A stretch of DNA of 42,188 nucleotides from a virus. Taxonomy: Duplodnaviria > Caudoviricetes. The stretch covers positions 1 to 42,188 of IMG/VR virus record IMGVR_UViG_3300048577_000526. One strand, 5' to 3'. Below are positions 27,490 to 36,260 of this stretch, piece after piece (position 1 is the first letter of the stretch; each line of letters begins with the position of its first letter). The position numbers and the translations under genes were made by a program. The notes beneath the pieces are model-generated. The model worked only from the letters and a program-made list of their open reading frames with translations, made no database searches and was not told where the DNA came from.

Positions 27490-27861
27490 ATGAAGCCCAG
27501 CTTCAGCACCGAAACTTTCACCCCCGATCTGCTGATCGCGGGTTCCAATGTCGGCGTCGTCACCCGCGACGTCACGCTGATCAGTGGTCAGAACCAGCCG
27601 CGCGGCGCTTTGCTCGGCAAGATCACCGCGAGCGGCAAGTATACGCTGTCGCTTTCGGCATCGAGCGATGGTTCGCAGGTCCCTTGCGCCATCCTGGTGC
27701 ACGATACCGATGCTACGGGTGGCGATCAAAAGACCGCGATCTACGAGGCGGCAGAGGTCAACGCCGCCGCTCTGACGATCGGTGCGGGCCACACCATTGC
27801 CAGTATCCGCGATGGCCTGCGCGATCTCGGTATTCACCTCAAGGCGATTGTGCCGGCTTAA
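27490..27861 (+). CDS. Head decoration protein (lambda gpD-like)
   Basis: 'RGALLGKITASGKY..SDGSQVPCAIL'; precedes the major capsid gene. Confidence 0.88.
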   Translation: MKPSFSTETFTPDLLIAGSNVGVVTRDVTLISGQNQPRGALLGKITASGKYTLSLSASSDGSQVPCAILVHDTDATGGDQKTAIYEAAEVNAAALTIGAGHTIASIRDGLRDLGIHLKAIVPA

Positions 27862-27935
27862 CGGCACCGCTCGCCCAAACCCCGGCGATCCACGCGGCGC
27901 ACGCCGCTTCTTCTCCCATCTGAAAGGAGTCCGCA

Positions 27936-28952
27936 ATGGACATCTATAGCACTGGCGTGCTGACCCGCGTTGTCAGCAACCTCATCCTTCCGCAGAGCTT
28001 CTTCCTCGATCGCTATTTCGGCGAGGAAGTTCGCTCGGATGCGGAAGCCATCAGCTTCGACATCGATACCCGCAAGCGTCGCCTGGCGCCCTTCGTCTCG
28101 CCGCTTGTCCAGGGCAAGGTTGTGGCTGGTCCTGGTTTCCAGACCAGCACCTTTAAGCCGGCTTATGTGAAGGACAAGCGCATGCTTGATCCCACTCGCC
28201 CCGTGAAGCGCGCTCTCGGTGAGCAGATCGGCGGCAGCATGAGCGCGGCACAGCGTGAGGAGGCGAACCTCGCCGTGAATATGGAGGATCAGGTCCATAT
28301 GCTGATCCGCCGCCAGGAGCATATGGCGATCGATTCTCTGCTCGACGGCATCACGATCGTCTCCGGCGAGGGTTACGCGCCCGTGTCGGTGAATTTCGGT
28401 CGTCACGCGGATCTCAGCGTGGCGTTGCTCAGCACGGCGCGCTGGGGCGAAACCGGCGTGTCGCCGGCCGACGATGTCGAAAAGTGGGCCGAGCTCGTTG
28501 GCAAGCATAGCGGCGCGGTGCCGACGGATATCGTGTTTGACAGCAAGGCCTGGGCACTGTTCAAGGCCGATCCGAAAGTCGAGAAAGCGCTCGATCTTTG
28601 GCGCGGCGGCAACAGCAATATCGAGATGGGTGCCCAGCCCAAGGTGGGGGCACAGTACAAGGGCCGCTACGGCAATCTCGATCTCTTCGTCTATACCGAC
28701 TGGTATGTCGACGATAACGACGTGCTGCAGCCGATGCTGCCGGACTACACCGTTATCCTGGGCAGCCCGCAGGTTGAGGGCGTCCGCCACTACGGCGCGA
28801 TCATGGACCCTGAGCTCGGCTATCAGGCGGTGCCCTTTGCGCCGAAGTCCTGGGTTGAGAAGGACCCGGCCGTGCGGTGGCTGATGATGCAGTCGGCGCC
28901 GTTGCCGGTGCCGTACCGCGTGAACGCCTCGTTCCGTGCAACCGTGCGTTAA
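27936..28952 (+). CDS. Major capsid protein (lambda gpE family)
   Basis: 'RRLAPFVSPLVQG..FKPAYVKDK' and 'MMQSAPLPVP'. Confidence 0.93.
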   Translation: MDIYSTGVLTRVVSNLILPQSFFLDRYFGEEVRSDAEAISFDIDTRKRRLAPFVSPLVQGKVVAGPGFQTSTFKPAYVKDKRMLDPTRPVKRALGEQIGGSMSAAQREEANLAVNMEDQVHMLIRRQEHMAIDSLLDGITIVSGEGYAPVSVNFGRHADLSVALLSTARWGETGVSPADDVEKWAELVGKHSGAVPTDIVFDSKAWALFKADPKVEKALDLWRGGNSNIEMGAQPKVGAQYKGRYGNLDLFVYTDWYVDDNDVLQPMLPDYTVILGSPQVEGVRHYGAIMDPELGYQAVPFAPKSWVEKDPAVRWLMMQSAPLPVPYRVNASFRATVR

Positions 28953-28961
28953 TCGGTCTAC

Positions 28962-28986
28962 CCCAGGCGAACGGCGTTCGCCTGGG
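28962..28986. promoter_or_regulatory. 15-bp palindrome, copy 5, extended to 25 bp
   Basis: CCCAGGCGAACGGCGTTCGCCTGGG, intergenic after the capsid gene. Confidence 0.6.
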
Positions 28987-29022
28987 CGACCCGACTGAAA
29001 CCGCCACCAAGGAGCAACACCT

Positions 29023-29229
29023 ATGAAGGTTCGAATGAAGATCAGTGCCGTGTTAAAGAAAGACACGGACGCCGTGCCGCCGGGCAAGGTCGTGGATTTG
29101 GACAAGGCCGACGCGCTCTCGCTTATCAAGAGCGGAGCGGCCGAGCCGTTCCGGCGCGAGGATGTCGAGGTGGACGAAAAAGACGCCGACGACAAGAAGT
29201 CCGGTGACGACAAGAACAAGCAGCAATAA
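29023..29229 (+). CDS. Small capsid-associated protein (gpFI position)
   Basis: AAGGAG RBS; 'PPGKVVDL..ALSLIKSGAAE'. Confidence 0.65.
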   Translation: MKVRMKISAVLKKDTDAVPPGKVVDLDKADALSLIKSGAAEPFRREDVEVDEKDADDKKSGDDKNKQQ

Positions 29230-29243
29230 ACCCCGCGTGAGTG

Positions 29244-29278
29244 AATAGGGAGGGCGGCGATCTGGCCGCCCTCCTATT
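29244..29278. terminator. Strong hairpin between head and tail genes
   Basis: AATAGGGAGGGCGGC-GATCTG-GCCGCCCTCCTATT. Confidence 0.45.
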
Positions 29279-29289
29279 GGAGCGCTGCC

Positions 29290-29877
29290 ATGTCTATCGG
29301 AATTAAGGTCGGGGTCGACTTCTCGGCGTTTTCCGAGGCGCTTGACGCTCTCGGCGACAAGCATTTCCGAGCCGCCGGCATGATCGCCGTCAACGATACC
29401 TTGCGCCAGGCGAACAAGGCGGCGGTTGGCATGATTGCCAAGGCCGGGAGCTTCAAGGTCGCGGATGTCCGGAAGCGCCTGCGGGCGATCAAGGCCACGC
29501 GCGAGAATCTCACCGGCATCTTGCGTGCCTCGAAACGCGCCCTTCCGCTCGTCGCCTTCAGTGCGCGGCAAGTGAAGGCTGGAGTGACGGCGCGCGAGTG
29601 GGGGCAGCGCCGAACCTACAAGGGCGCGTTTATCGCGACCATGAAGACGGGGCACCGCGGTGTCTTCAAGCGGGTTGGAGACGATCGTCTTCCCATCCGA
29701 GAGCTTTGGGGACCGGGTGTCGGTCGTGTCATGAACGACGCTGATGTGCGAGGAGATCTCGAATCCCTGATCCGCGAGCGTCTGCCGATCAATTTGAAGC
29801 GGCAGATCGAGCGCCGACTTCGGGCGATCAGCGGCAAGGCGAAACTGTCGGCGGCTTCGCAGCGCAAATTGAGGTGA
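29290..29877 (+). CDS. Neck/minor tail protein (lambda gpZ-like)
   Basis: Basic protein with 'GAFIATMKTGHRGVFKR..RLPIRELWGP'. Confidence 0.75.
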   Translation: MSIGIKVGVDFSAFSEALDALGDKHFRAAGMIAVNDTLRQANKAAVGMIAKAGSFKVADVRKRLRAIKATRENLTGILRASKRALPLVAFSARQVKAGVTAREWGQRRTYKGAFIATMKTGHRGVFKRVGDDRLPIRELWGPGVGRVMNDADVRGDLESLIRERLPINLKRQIERRLRAISGKAKLSAASQRKLR

Positions 29878-29881
29878 TGCC

Positions 29882-30214
29882 ATGCCGGTCGATTTCGACA
29901 AGCTGCTGCTGCAGCCCTGCCACGATCATCTCGGCGACACCGTGATCTATCGGCCCAAGGCCGGCGGCGTCTTCAAGGTGACCGGCATCTACACCAGCCA
30001 GTTCCTGGCGGTGGAAGTGGCGGATCAGACGATCGTCCAGGGGCAGGACCAGACGATTGCGTTGCGCGCTTCGAAGCTGCCGCAGCGCCCGCGTGCCGGG
30101 GATGTGCTCACGGTGCGCGACCCGGTCAGCGGCCGGGATCGAGACTTTGAGATTACAGAGGTCATGCCGGAATCGAGCGGCGAGATCATGGTGCGCGTCG
30201 TAAGCCGGGAGTGA
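29882..30214 (+). CDS. Head-tail joining / head closure protein (FII-like)
   Basis: Size, position and predicted beta-rich pattern. Confidence 0.6.
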   Translation: MPVDFDKLLLQPCHDHLGDTVIYRPKAGGVFKVTGIYTSQFLAVEVADQTIVQGQDQTIALRASKLPQRPRAGDVLTVRDPVSGRDRDFEITEVMPESSGEIMVRVVSRE

Positions 30215-30221
30215 GGCAGAC

Positions 30222-30788
30222 ATGGGATATCGATCCGATCTCCGCGCTCGCACGATCGCGGCAATCGTGGCGCGCAACGTCGCGCCGCAGGCCTCGGTCT
30301 ATGACAGCCGGAAGATCCCTCTGGAGCGCGACGAGCTCCGCGCGATCAGTGTGTTCACGTTGGGCGAGGACGGATCGGGCAGCAACCCGTTCATGACCTC
30401 GCCGGAATTTCAGCTTTCGGTGCGGCTCACGATCGAAGCCGAAGTGCAGGGAAAAGACGACGCCACTATTGCGCTGGCGATCGACAATTTCTGCGACGAG
30501 ATCTGCGCGGCCATCTTTACCACTCCCGCCTGGGTGTCCGAGGTGCAAGGGATCGACAACTTCTCGGTCGATTTCAACCTCGACGCCAAGAGCGACAAGC
30601 GAACGGCGGGCGCCACAATCGGCATGGACGTTGCTCTCACGAAGCGGTGGGAGCCGGTCATCCCCGATCAGCTCGAACGGGTCCACGTCAAGGTCGATGT
30701 CATCGACCCAGCCGCAGATCCGAACCTCCAGTATCCGGGGCCGGACGGCCGCATTGAGGTCGAGGCCGAGTTTGAAATCGACACATAA
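30222..30788 (+). CDS. Probable tail terminator / completion protein
   Basis: Located before DUF2635 and the sheath; C-terminal 'DPNLQYPGPDGRIE'. Confidence 0.6.
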   Translation: MGYRSDLRARTIAAIVARNVAPQASVYDSRKIPLERDELRAISVFTLGEDGSGSNPFMTSPEFQLSVRLTIEAEVQGKDDATIALAIDNFCDEICAAIFTTPAWVSEVQGIDNFSVDFNLDAKSDKRTAGATIGMDVALTKRWEPVIPDQLERVHVKVDVIDPAADPNLQYPGPDGRIEVEAEFEIDT

Positions 30789-30798
30789 GGAGATCCCG

Positions 30799-30963
30799 AT
30801 GTTTCTGAAGCCGGCCGATGGCCTGAAAATTCTCGACCCTCTTCGCCGCGATTACCTGCCGGCAGAGGGTCGCGCCGTGACGCTCGACACTTACTGGCGC
30901 CGCCGCCTCGCCGATGGCGACGTGGTGGAAGCCACGCCGGACAAGACCGGCAAGAAAACCTGA
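30799..30963 (+). CDS. DUF2635 protein (Mu gp38-like)
   Basis: 'MFLKPADGLKILDP..LPAEGRAV..YWRRRLADGDV'; RBS AAGGAG. Confidence 0.85.
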   Translation: MFLKPADGLKILDPLRRDYLPAEGRAVTLDTYWRRRLADGDVVEATPDKTGKKT

Positions 30964-31006
30964 CAACCGTTCTTCTCGCCCCTCTTTTCTTTTGTGGAGC
31001 TAATCC

Positions 31007-32506
31007 ATGACGATTTCCTTTGACCATATCCCGGCCAATATCCGCGTGCCGTTCTTCTGGGCGGAAGTGGATAACAGCCAGGCGAGCTATTTTCAGAATC
31101 AGCAGCGCGCATTGCTGATTGGCCAGAAGATCGGCGCCGCACCGGCCGTGCTCAACCAGCCGGTGCTGGTGACGAGCGAGGATCAGGCCATCGCCCTCTT
31201 CGGCCAAGGCTCGCACCTTGCCCGCATGATGCGCCTCTATCGCCAGAACGACACGTTCGGCGAGGTGTGGTGCCTGCCGGTTGGGGACGGGGTGGCGGCG
31301 GTTGCGGCTACCGGGACCTTGACGGTGACGGGTCCGGCCACGGCGGCTGGCGTCATTTTCCTCTACGTTGCAGGCCAGCTCGTAACGGTCGGTGTGGCGA
31401 ATACCGACACGGCGACGGTGATTGCGACCGCGATCAAGGATGCAATCAACGCCATTCCCTCGCTGCCGGTGACCGCCACGAATGCGGCTGGCGTGGTGAC
31501 GGTGACCGCGAAACATGCCGGGCTTGCCGGCAACGACATCGACCTCCGCCTCAATTGGCGCGGCCCGGCCGGCGGCGAAACGCTGCCCGCTGGCATCGCC
31601 ATTGCGGTTGTGGCGATGGCGGCTGGCTCGGTGGCGCCGGCCTTGGCGGCTGGTCTCGCCGCGCTTGGCGACGAACCCTTCGACTTCGTGGCGCTGGCCT
31701 TCTCGGATGCGACTTCGCTGGACGCGATCCGTACCGAATGGAGCGACGGGGATTCCGGGCGCTGGTCCTGGGCGCGGCAGATCTACGGCCATGTCTTCGC
31801 GGCCAAGCGGGGCACGGTGGGCGCGCTTCAGTCTTTCGGCGCTGGCCGCAACGACCCTCATGTGACGGTGGCCGGCTACCATAATTCGCCGACGCCGCCT
31901 TGGGAGTGGGCGGCGGCCTGGGCCGGTCAGTCGGCGAAGTCGCTGCGCATTGATCCGGCTCGCCCGCTGCATACGCTGGCGCTCATCGGCATCATTGCGC
32001 CGCCGATGGAGAGCCGCTTCGTCACCACGGAAAAGCAAACTTTGCTTTTCTCCGGTGTCGCGACCTGGACGGTGAGCACGGACGGCATCGTTCGCATTGA
32101 GCGGTCGATTACGACCTATCAGAAGAACGAGCATGGTCAGCCTGACCCGTCCTATCTCGACATCCAGACGCTCTTCACGCTGGCCTATGTCTTGCGGTTT
32201 ATGCGGCAGGCGATCACGCAGAAGTTCGGCCGGCATAAACTCGCCAATGACGGCACGAATTTCGGCGCCGGTCAGGCAATCGTCACGCCGCGCATCATCC
32301 GCGCCGAGCTGGTCGCTCAGTATTCGGCGCTGATGTCGCAGGGCCTCGTCGAGAACATCGAGGCCTTCAAGGAACATCTGATTGTCGAGCGCAACCCGAA
32401 CGACCCCAATCGGGTGGACGTGCTCTACACGCCGGATCTGGTCAACCAGTTGCGGATCTTCGCTGTCAACGCTCAGTTCCGCCTGCAGTATCCGCAGGCG
32501 GCCTGA
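31007..32506 (+). CDS. Contractile tail sheath protein (Mu gpL-like)
   Basis: 'IPANIRVPFFWAEVDNS', 'FGQGSHLARM', 'DPARPLHTL' and 'PDLVNQLRIFA'. Confidence 0.93.
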   Translation: MTISFDHIPANIRVPFFWAEVDNSQASYFQNQQRALLIGQKIGAAPAVLNQPVLVTSEDQAIALFGQGSHLARMMRLYRQNDTFGEVWCLPVGDGVAAVAATGTLTVTGPATAAGVIFLYVAGQLVTVGVANTDTATVIATAIKDAINAIPSLPVTATNAAGVVTVTAKHAGLAGNDIDLRLNWRGPAGGETLPAGIAIAVVAMAAGSVAPALAAGLAALGDEPFDFVALAFSDATSLDAIRTEWSDGDSGRWSWARQIYGHVFAAKRGTVGALQSFGAGRNDPHVTVAGYHNSPTPPWEWAAAWAGQSAKSLRIDPARPLHTLALIGIIAPPMESRFVTTEKQTLLFSGVATWTVSTDGIVRIERSITTYQKNEHGQPDPSYLDIQTLFTLAYVLRFMRQAITQKFGRHKLANDGTNFGAGQAIVTPRIIRAELVAQYSALMSQGLVENIEAFKEHLIVERNPNDPNRVDVLYTPDLVNQLRIFAVNAQFRLQYPQAA

Positions 32507-32541
32507 AGCCCGGCAACGCTCACGTATAAGGAGAAACCAAT

Positions 32542-32910
32542 ATGAGCAGCAATCGCGTTGCCGGCGTCGCCTTTATCAAGGTCGACGGCCAGCAATATGC
32601 CCTGCGCGGCAACCTGACCGTCAACATCGATGCGTTCACGCGCACCGGGGTTGCCGGTCAGGACGGCGTGCATGGCTACACCGAGGCGCCGCAGGTGCCC
32701 TGGATCTCCGGCGATATCTCGGATTCCGCCGGCCTGTCGTTGCAGGATATCGCCAAGATCACGGATTCGACCGTGGTGGCCGAGCTTGCCAACGGCAAAT
32801 CGTACATCCTGCGCAACGCCTGGGCGGCGGAATCGCGGGAGCTCAACGCCGCCGAGGGCACGATCAGCGTGCGGTTCGAAGGCATGCAGGGCGAGGAGAT
32901 CAAGCCGTGA
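32542..32910 (+). CDS. Tail tube protein (Mu-like)
   Basis: 'RVAGVAFIKVDG..GQDGVHGYTE..ELANGK..VRFEG'. Confidence 0.88.
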   Translation: MSSNRVAGVAFIKVDGQQYALRGNLTVNIDAFTRTGVAGQDGVHGYTEAPQVPWISGDISDSAGLSLQDIAKITDSTVVAELANGKSYILRNAWAAESRELNAAEGTISVRFEGMQGEEIKP

Positions 32911-33215
32911 GCCAGGAAACCGAGAGCAAGCCGGTGACGCTGAAGAAGCCGATCAATGTCGGCTCGACGGTGATCCGAGAGCTGGACGTTCGCGAGCCGA
33001 CGATGGGCGACATCGAGGAGGCGTCGAAGCTGAGCGGGAACAAGGTGACGGTCAGCCTTCGTCTCCTGGAGAGGCTGGTGTTTGCGCCAGAGTTTCCCGA
33101 CACGCCGATCACGCTTGCCATGCTGCGAAAGCTGCCGGCCTCGGATGGCACGAAGCTCAATACGAAGGTGTCGGATTTTTTGCCCGACGACCCGGCGACT
33201 GGCGGGACCGATTAG
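32907..33215 (+). CDS. Tail assembly chaperone (Mu gp41 / P2 gpE-like)
   Basis: GTG start coupled to the tube gene; 'VTLKKPI..ELDVREPTMGDI'; ends with the slippery sequence GGATTTTTTG. Confidence 0.8.
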   Translation: MSQETESKPVTLKKPINVGSTVIRELDVREPTMGDIEEASKLSGNKVTVSLRLLERLVFAPEFPDTPITLAMLRKLPASDGTKLNTKVSDFLPDDPATGGTD

Positions 33216-33343
33216 CGGATCTCGCTTACGTCTTCCACTGGCAGCCGAGCGAGCTCATGGCGCTGACGGCGTCTGAGCTCGCGCGCTGGCACAATCAGGC
33301 GCTCCGCATCCTGCGAGAAGTAAAAGGTCCAGGAAATGTCTGA
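33176..33343 (+). CDS. -1 frameshift extension of the tail chaperone (gpE'/GT-like)
   Basis: The -1 frame reads 'FFARRPGDWRDRLADLAYVFHWQPSELMALTASELARW', matching the P2 gpE' 'ADxAxxFHWxPSE' motif. Confidence 0.8.
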   Translation, partial: FFARRPGDWRDRLADLAYVFHWQPSELMALTASELARWHNQALRILREVKGPGNV

Positions 33344-35009
33344 CGAGAACGACATTCCAGTAAATGCCATCGTGCAGGTCGTCGACCGGGTGACTGCGCC
33401 GATCCAGAAGATTCAGGATCGGATCAAGAAAATCACTAAACCCGTCGAGGACGTGAACAAGGCGATGGGCCGGCTCGGAAAGGTCGGCGATCTGACCCGG
33501 CTCACTGGCGGATTTCAGGGCGTCATCCGATCGGTCGGAAATCTGCGTAGCCATGTCGTCGGGTTGCTCGGGCCATTGGCGGCGCTCGGGGCCGGTGCCA
33601 GCATCGCCGGACTCGCGAACATCGTGAAGTCGTTTGCCGACTATGGCGGCCAGATTGATGACATCTCGCAGCGCATCGGCGCCAGTACCGGGGCCGTTCA
33701 GGAATGGATGTACGCGGCGAAGCTCGCGGGTATTGAGCAAGGTGAACTTGAGTCCAGTGTTAAGCGGTTTAACAAAACGCTCGCCGACGCTGCGTCAGGT
33801 CAGAGCAAGAGCGGCGCTGCGCTCTTCAAGAAGTTGGGTATCAGCGTCAAAGATACCAATGGCCGCTTGAAGACGGCAGAGCAGTTGATGCCGGAAGTCG
33901 CTGACGGGATCGCCCGAATCCGAGATCCAGCAGTTAGGACGGCTGCTTTGATGGAGCTCTTTGGTCGAAGCGGTGCGAATCTCGGCCCTCTATTCAAAGA
34001 CGGCGCTGCTGGCTTAGCGGCGGCGGCGAGGGAAGCGGAGGAGCTCGGTTACAAGCTCAGTGAGGCAGACATCCAGAAAGCGGCCGAGCTTGGCGATGAG
34101 CTCGATCGCCTTGGCATGGCGGCTTCGGGCCTCGGGCATGCGGTGGCTGCGTCACTTATGCCGTCGTTGCTGCCGATGCTGAACAAGCTGACCGAGTGGA
34201 TTAAGGCGAACCGCGAGCTGATTGCCTCGAAGATTAGCGCCGTCATCGATCGCATTTCCGCCGCCCTGGCGAAGGTCGATTGGGCGGCCTTCGGCCAAGG
34301 TATCGAGAAGGTGCTCAGCTTCATCGGCCGCTTCGTTGACATGATCGGCGGGTGGGAGAATGCGATTATCGGTGTCATCGCCGTGATGAACGGCGGTCTC
34401 ATCGCCTCGCTGGCGGGCGTAATTTCGTCATTCGCGAGGCTCGGCGTGGTGCTGCTGACAAACCCGCTGGGGCTCATCATCACGGCCGCCGCCGCCGCTG
34501 GCGTGGCTGCGTACATGCTGATCACGCATTGGGACGAGGTCGTCGCCTTCTTCAAGGAAATCGGCGCCTGGATCTACGGCTACGTCGAGGAGCCGTTTAC
34601 GAGGGTCTTCAACAACGTGAAGGATCTCGTCGGCGGCGTTGCTGACTGGATCATGGAGAAGATCGCTTGGCTCACCGATGGGATCGGCAAGGTTGTCGAT
34701 CTGGCGAGCCAGGCCGGCAGCATCGCTTCCGGCATCGGCAACAAGATCGCCGGCTTCGGCAGTGACGTCGCCAATGGTCTCGGTAATCTGATGCCGGATT
34801 TCGGTGGCGGGAACATGGCACTGGCGGGGGCGGGTGCCGGCGCGGCGCTCGCGCCGCGTCTGCCCTTGGCACAGGTGGCTCCGACCGGGCAGGTCGACGT
34901 TCGCGTTGACTTCCGCAACGTGCCCACAGGTACCGAGGTTAAGGCAAAGAGCGGCGGGACTGCGGTGGGCGAGATGGAAGTCGGCCGATCGCGGCGCAAC
35001 ACGCTTTGA
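33336..35009 (+). CDS. Tail tape measure protein
   Basis: Ala/Gly-rich helical protein with hydrophobic segments and W/F periodic repeats; follows the chaperones. Confidence 0.85.
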   Translation: MSDENDIPVNAIVQVVDRVTAPIQKIQDRIKKITKPVEDVNKAMGRLGKVGDLTRLTGGFQGVIRSVGNLRSHVVGLLGPLAALGAGASIAGLANIVKSFADYGGQIDDISQRIGASTGAVQEWMYAAKLAGIEQGELESSVKRFNKTLADAASGQSKSGAALFKKLGISVKDTNGRLKTAEQLMPEVADGIARIRDPAVRTAALMELFGRSGANLGPLFKDGAAGLAAAAREAEELGYKLSEADIQKAAELGDELDRLGMAASGLGHAVAASLMPSLLPMLNKLTEWIKANRELIASKISAVIDRISAALAKVDWAAFGQGIEKVLSFIGRFVDMIGGWENAIIGVIAVMNGGLIASLAGVISSFARLGVVLLTNPLGLIITAAAAAGVAAYMLITHWDEVVAFFKEIGAWIYGYVEEPFTRVFNNVKDLVGGVADWIMEKIAWLTDGIGKVVDLASQAGSIASGIGNKIAGFGSDVANGLGNLMPDFGGGNMALAGAGAGAALAPRLPLAQVAPTGQVDVRVDFRNVPTGTEVKAKSGGTAVGEMEVGRSRRNTL

Positions 35010-35025
35010 AGTGAGGGGATCGGCG

Positions 35026-36225
35026 ATGGCCTGGCGTGATGAACTTCGGCCGGCAAGCTTCCGGGGAAATGCATTCTTCGTGGGGCAGGCCGGCGGTGCA
35101 TCTGGCCGGCGCCTCGCCGTCCACGAGTATCCGCAGCGGGACGAGCCGTTTGCGGAGGACATGGGCCGCTCCACGCGGCGCTTTACCCTGACCGGCTACG
35201 TGCTGGGGCCGGATTACATGGCCGCGCGGGATGCGCTCATTCTGGCCTGCGAGGTCGAAGGACCGGGGCCGCTGGTGCATCCCTATCGCGGCGAGATCCA
35301 GGTCTCGTGCGAGTCCGTGCGCTGGACCGAATCTCAGGAAGAGGGCGGCATCTGCCGCTTCGAGCTGAGCTTCGTCGAAGGCGTCGAGAACCGCTACCCC
35401 GCCGCGCCGGTCAATACGCGCGGAGCCGTCATCGATGCCGCCTCTCTCTCCTCGGAGGCGTCGATGGCTGGCTTCGCGCGACTCTATCGCTGGCAGGGAT
35501 TGCAGGATTTTATCGTCGACACCTCTGCCGGTGGCTTGCGTGACTTCGCCGCTTCGGTGGCGGGATTGCAGCAGGGTGTTGGCGCGGTGTCAGACGGCGG
35601 GCTGGTGACATCGCTCGATGATGTGGCCCGCACGATCTTCGGCCAGGCTGACAGCATCGCTCGATCGGACGGGATTCCCGGCCAGATCGGCAACGCGCTC
35701 TCGCTGCTGCGGCGCGTTCATGCTGACGCGGCGACGGCCATGCGCGGGTTGGCGACGTTGCGGGACTTCGTCGTGTCGTCGCCGGAGCCGATCTACCTGA
35801 CCAGCAATCGGGAGATCGAGGCGCGGAACGCGACGGGACTGGCGAACCTCGTTCGCGAGGTCGCTGTAACAGAGCAGGCCAGGGCGAGTGCCAACCGGAC
35901 CTTTGTCTCCTATCAGGAGGCGATCGCCGTGCGGGACAGCTTGGTTTCCGATCTGGAAACGGTGCTGGTCGCGGCCGGCAACCGTGGTGACGACGATGCC
36001 TATCGCGCCGTTACCGGCCTGCAGACGGCGGTGACGCGGGATTTGACCGAGCGCGGGGCCAGCCTCGCGCACATCGTGCACCCGATTGTGCCGAGCGCGT
36101 TGCCATCGCTGGTGGCGGCGCACCGGTTTCACATCGATGTCGATCGTGAGACCGAGGTTATTGCGCGCAACCCAGGTCCGCACCCGGCCTGGATGCGGGA
36201 GAGGCTCGAAGTTCTCTCCCGCTAG
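35026..36225 (+). CDS. DNA circularization protein (Mu gpN-like)
   Basis: 'MAWRDELRPASFRG..GRRLAVHEYPQRD..EDMGR..GPLVHP'. Confidence 0.9.
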   Translation: MAWRDELRPASFRGNAFFVGQAGGASGRRLAVHEYPQRDEPFAEDMGRSTRRFTLTGYVLGPDYMAARDALILACEVEGPGPLVHPYRGEIQVSCESVRWTESQEEGGICRFELSFVEGVENRYPAAPVNTRGAVIDAASLSSEASMAGFARLYRWQGLQDFIVDTSAGGLRDFAASVAGLQQGVGAVSDGGLVTSLDDVARTIFGQADSIARSDGIPGQIGNALSLLRRVHADAATAMRGLATLRDFVVSSPEPIYLTSNREIEARNATGLANLVREVAVTEQARASANRTFVSYQEAIAVRDSLVSDLETVLVAAGNRGDDDAYRAVTGLQTAVTRDLTERGASLAHIVHPIVPSALPSLVAAHRFHIDVDRETEVIARNPGPHPAWMRERLEVLSR

Positions 36226-36260
36226 AGCACCGGTCCACGCGCCCGGCCTTGAGAGGGAAC

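Noticed and set aside
27858-32377. Long minus-strand ORFs (453, 282 and 569 aa) opposite the capsid, neck and sheath genes
   Set aside because: Shadow frames of well-supported structural genes.
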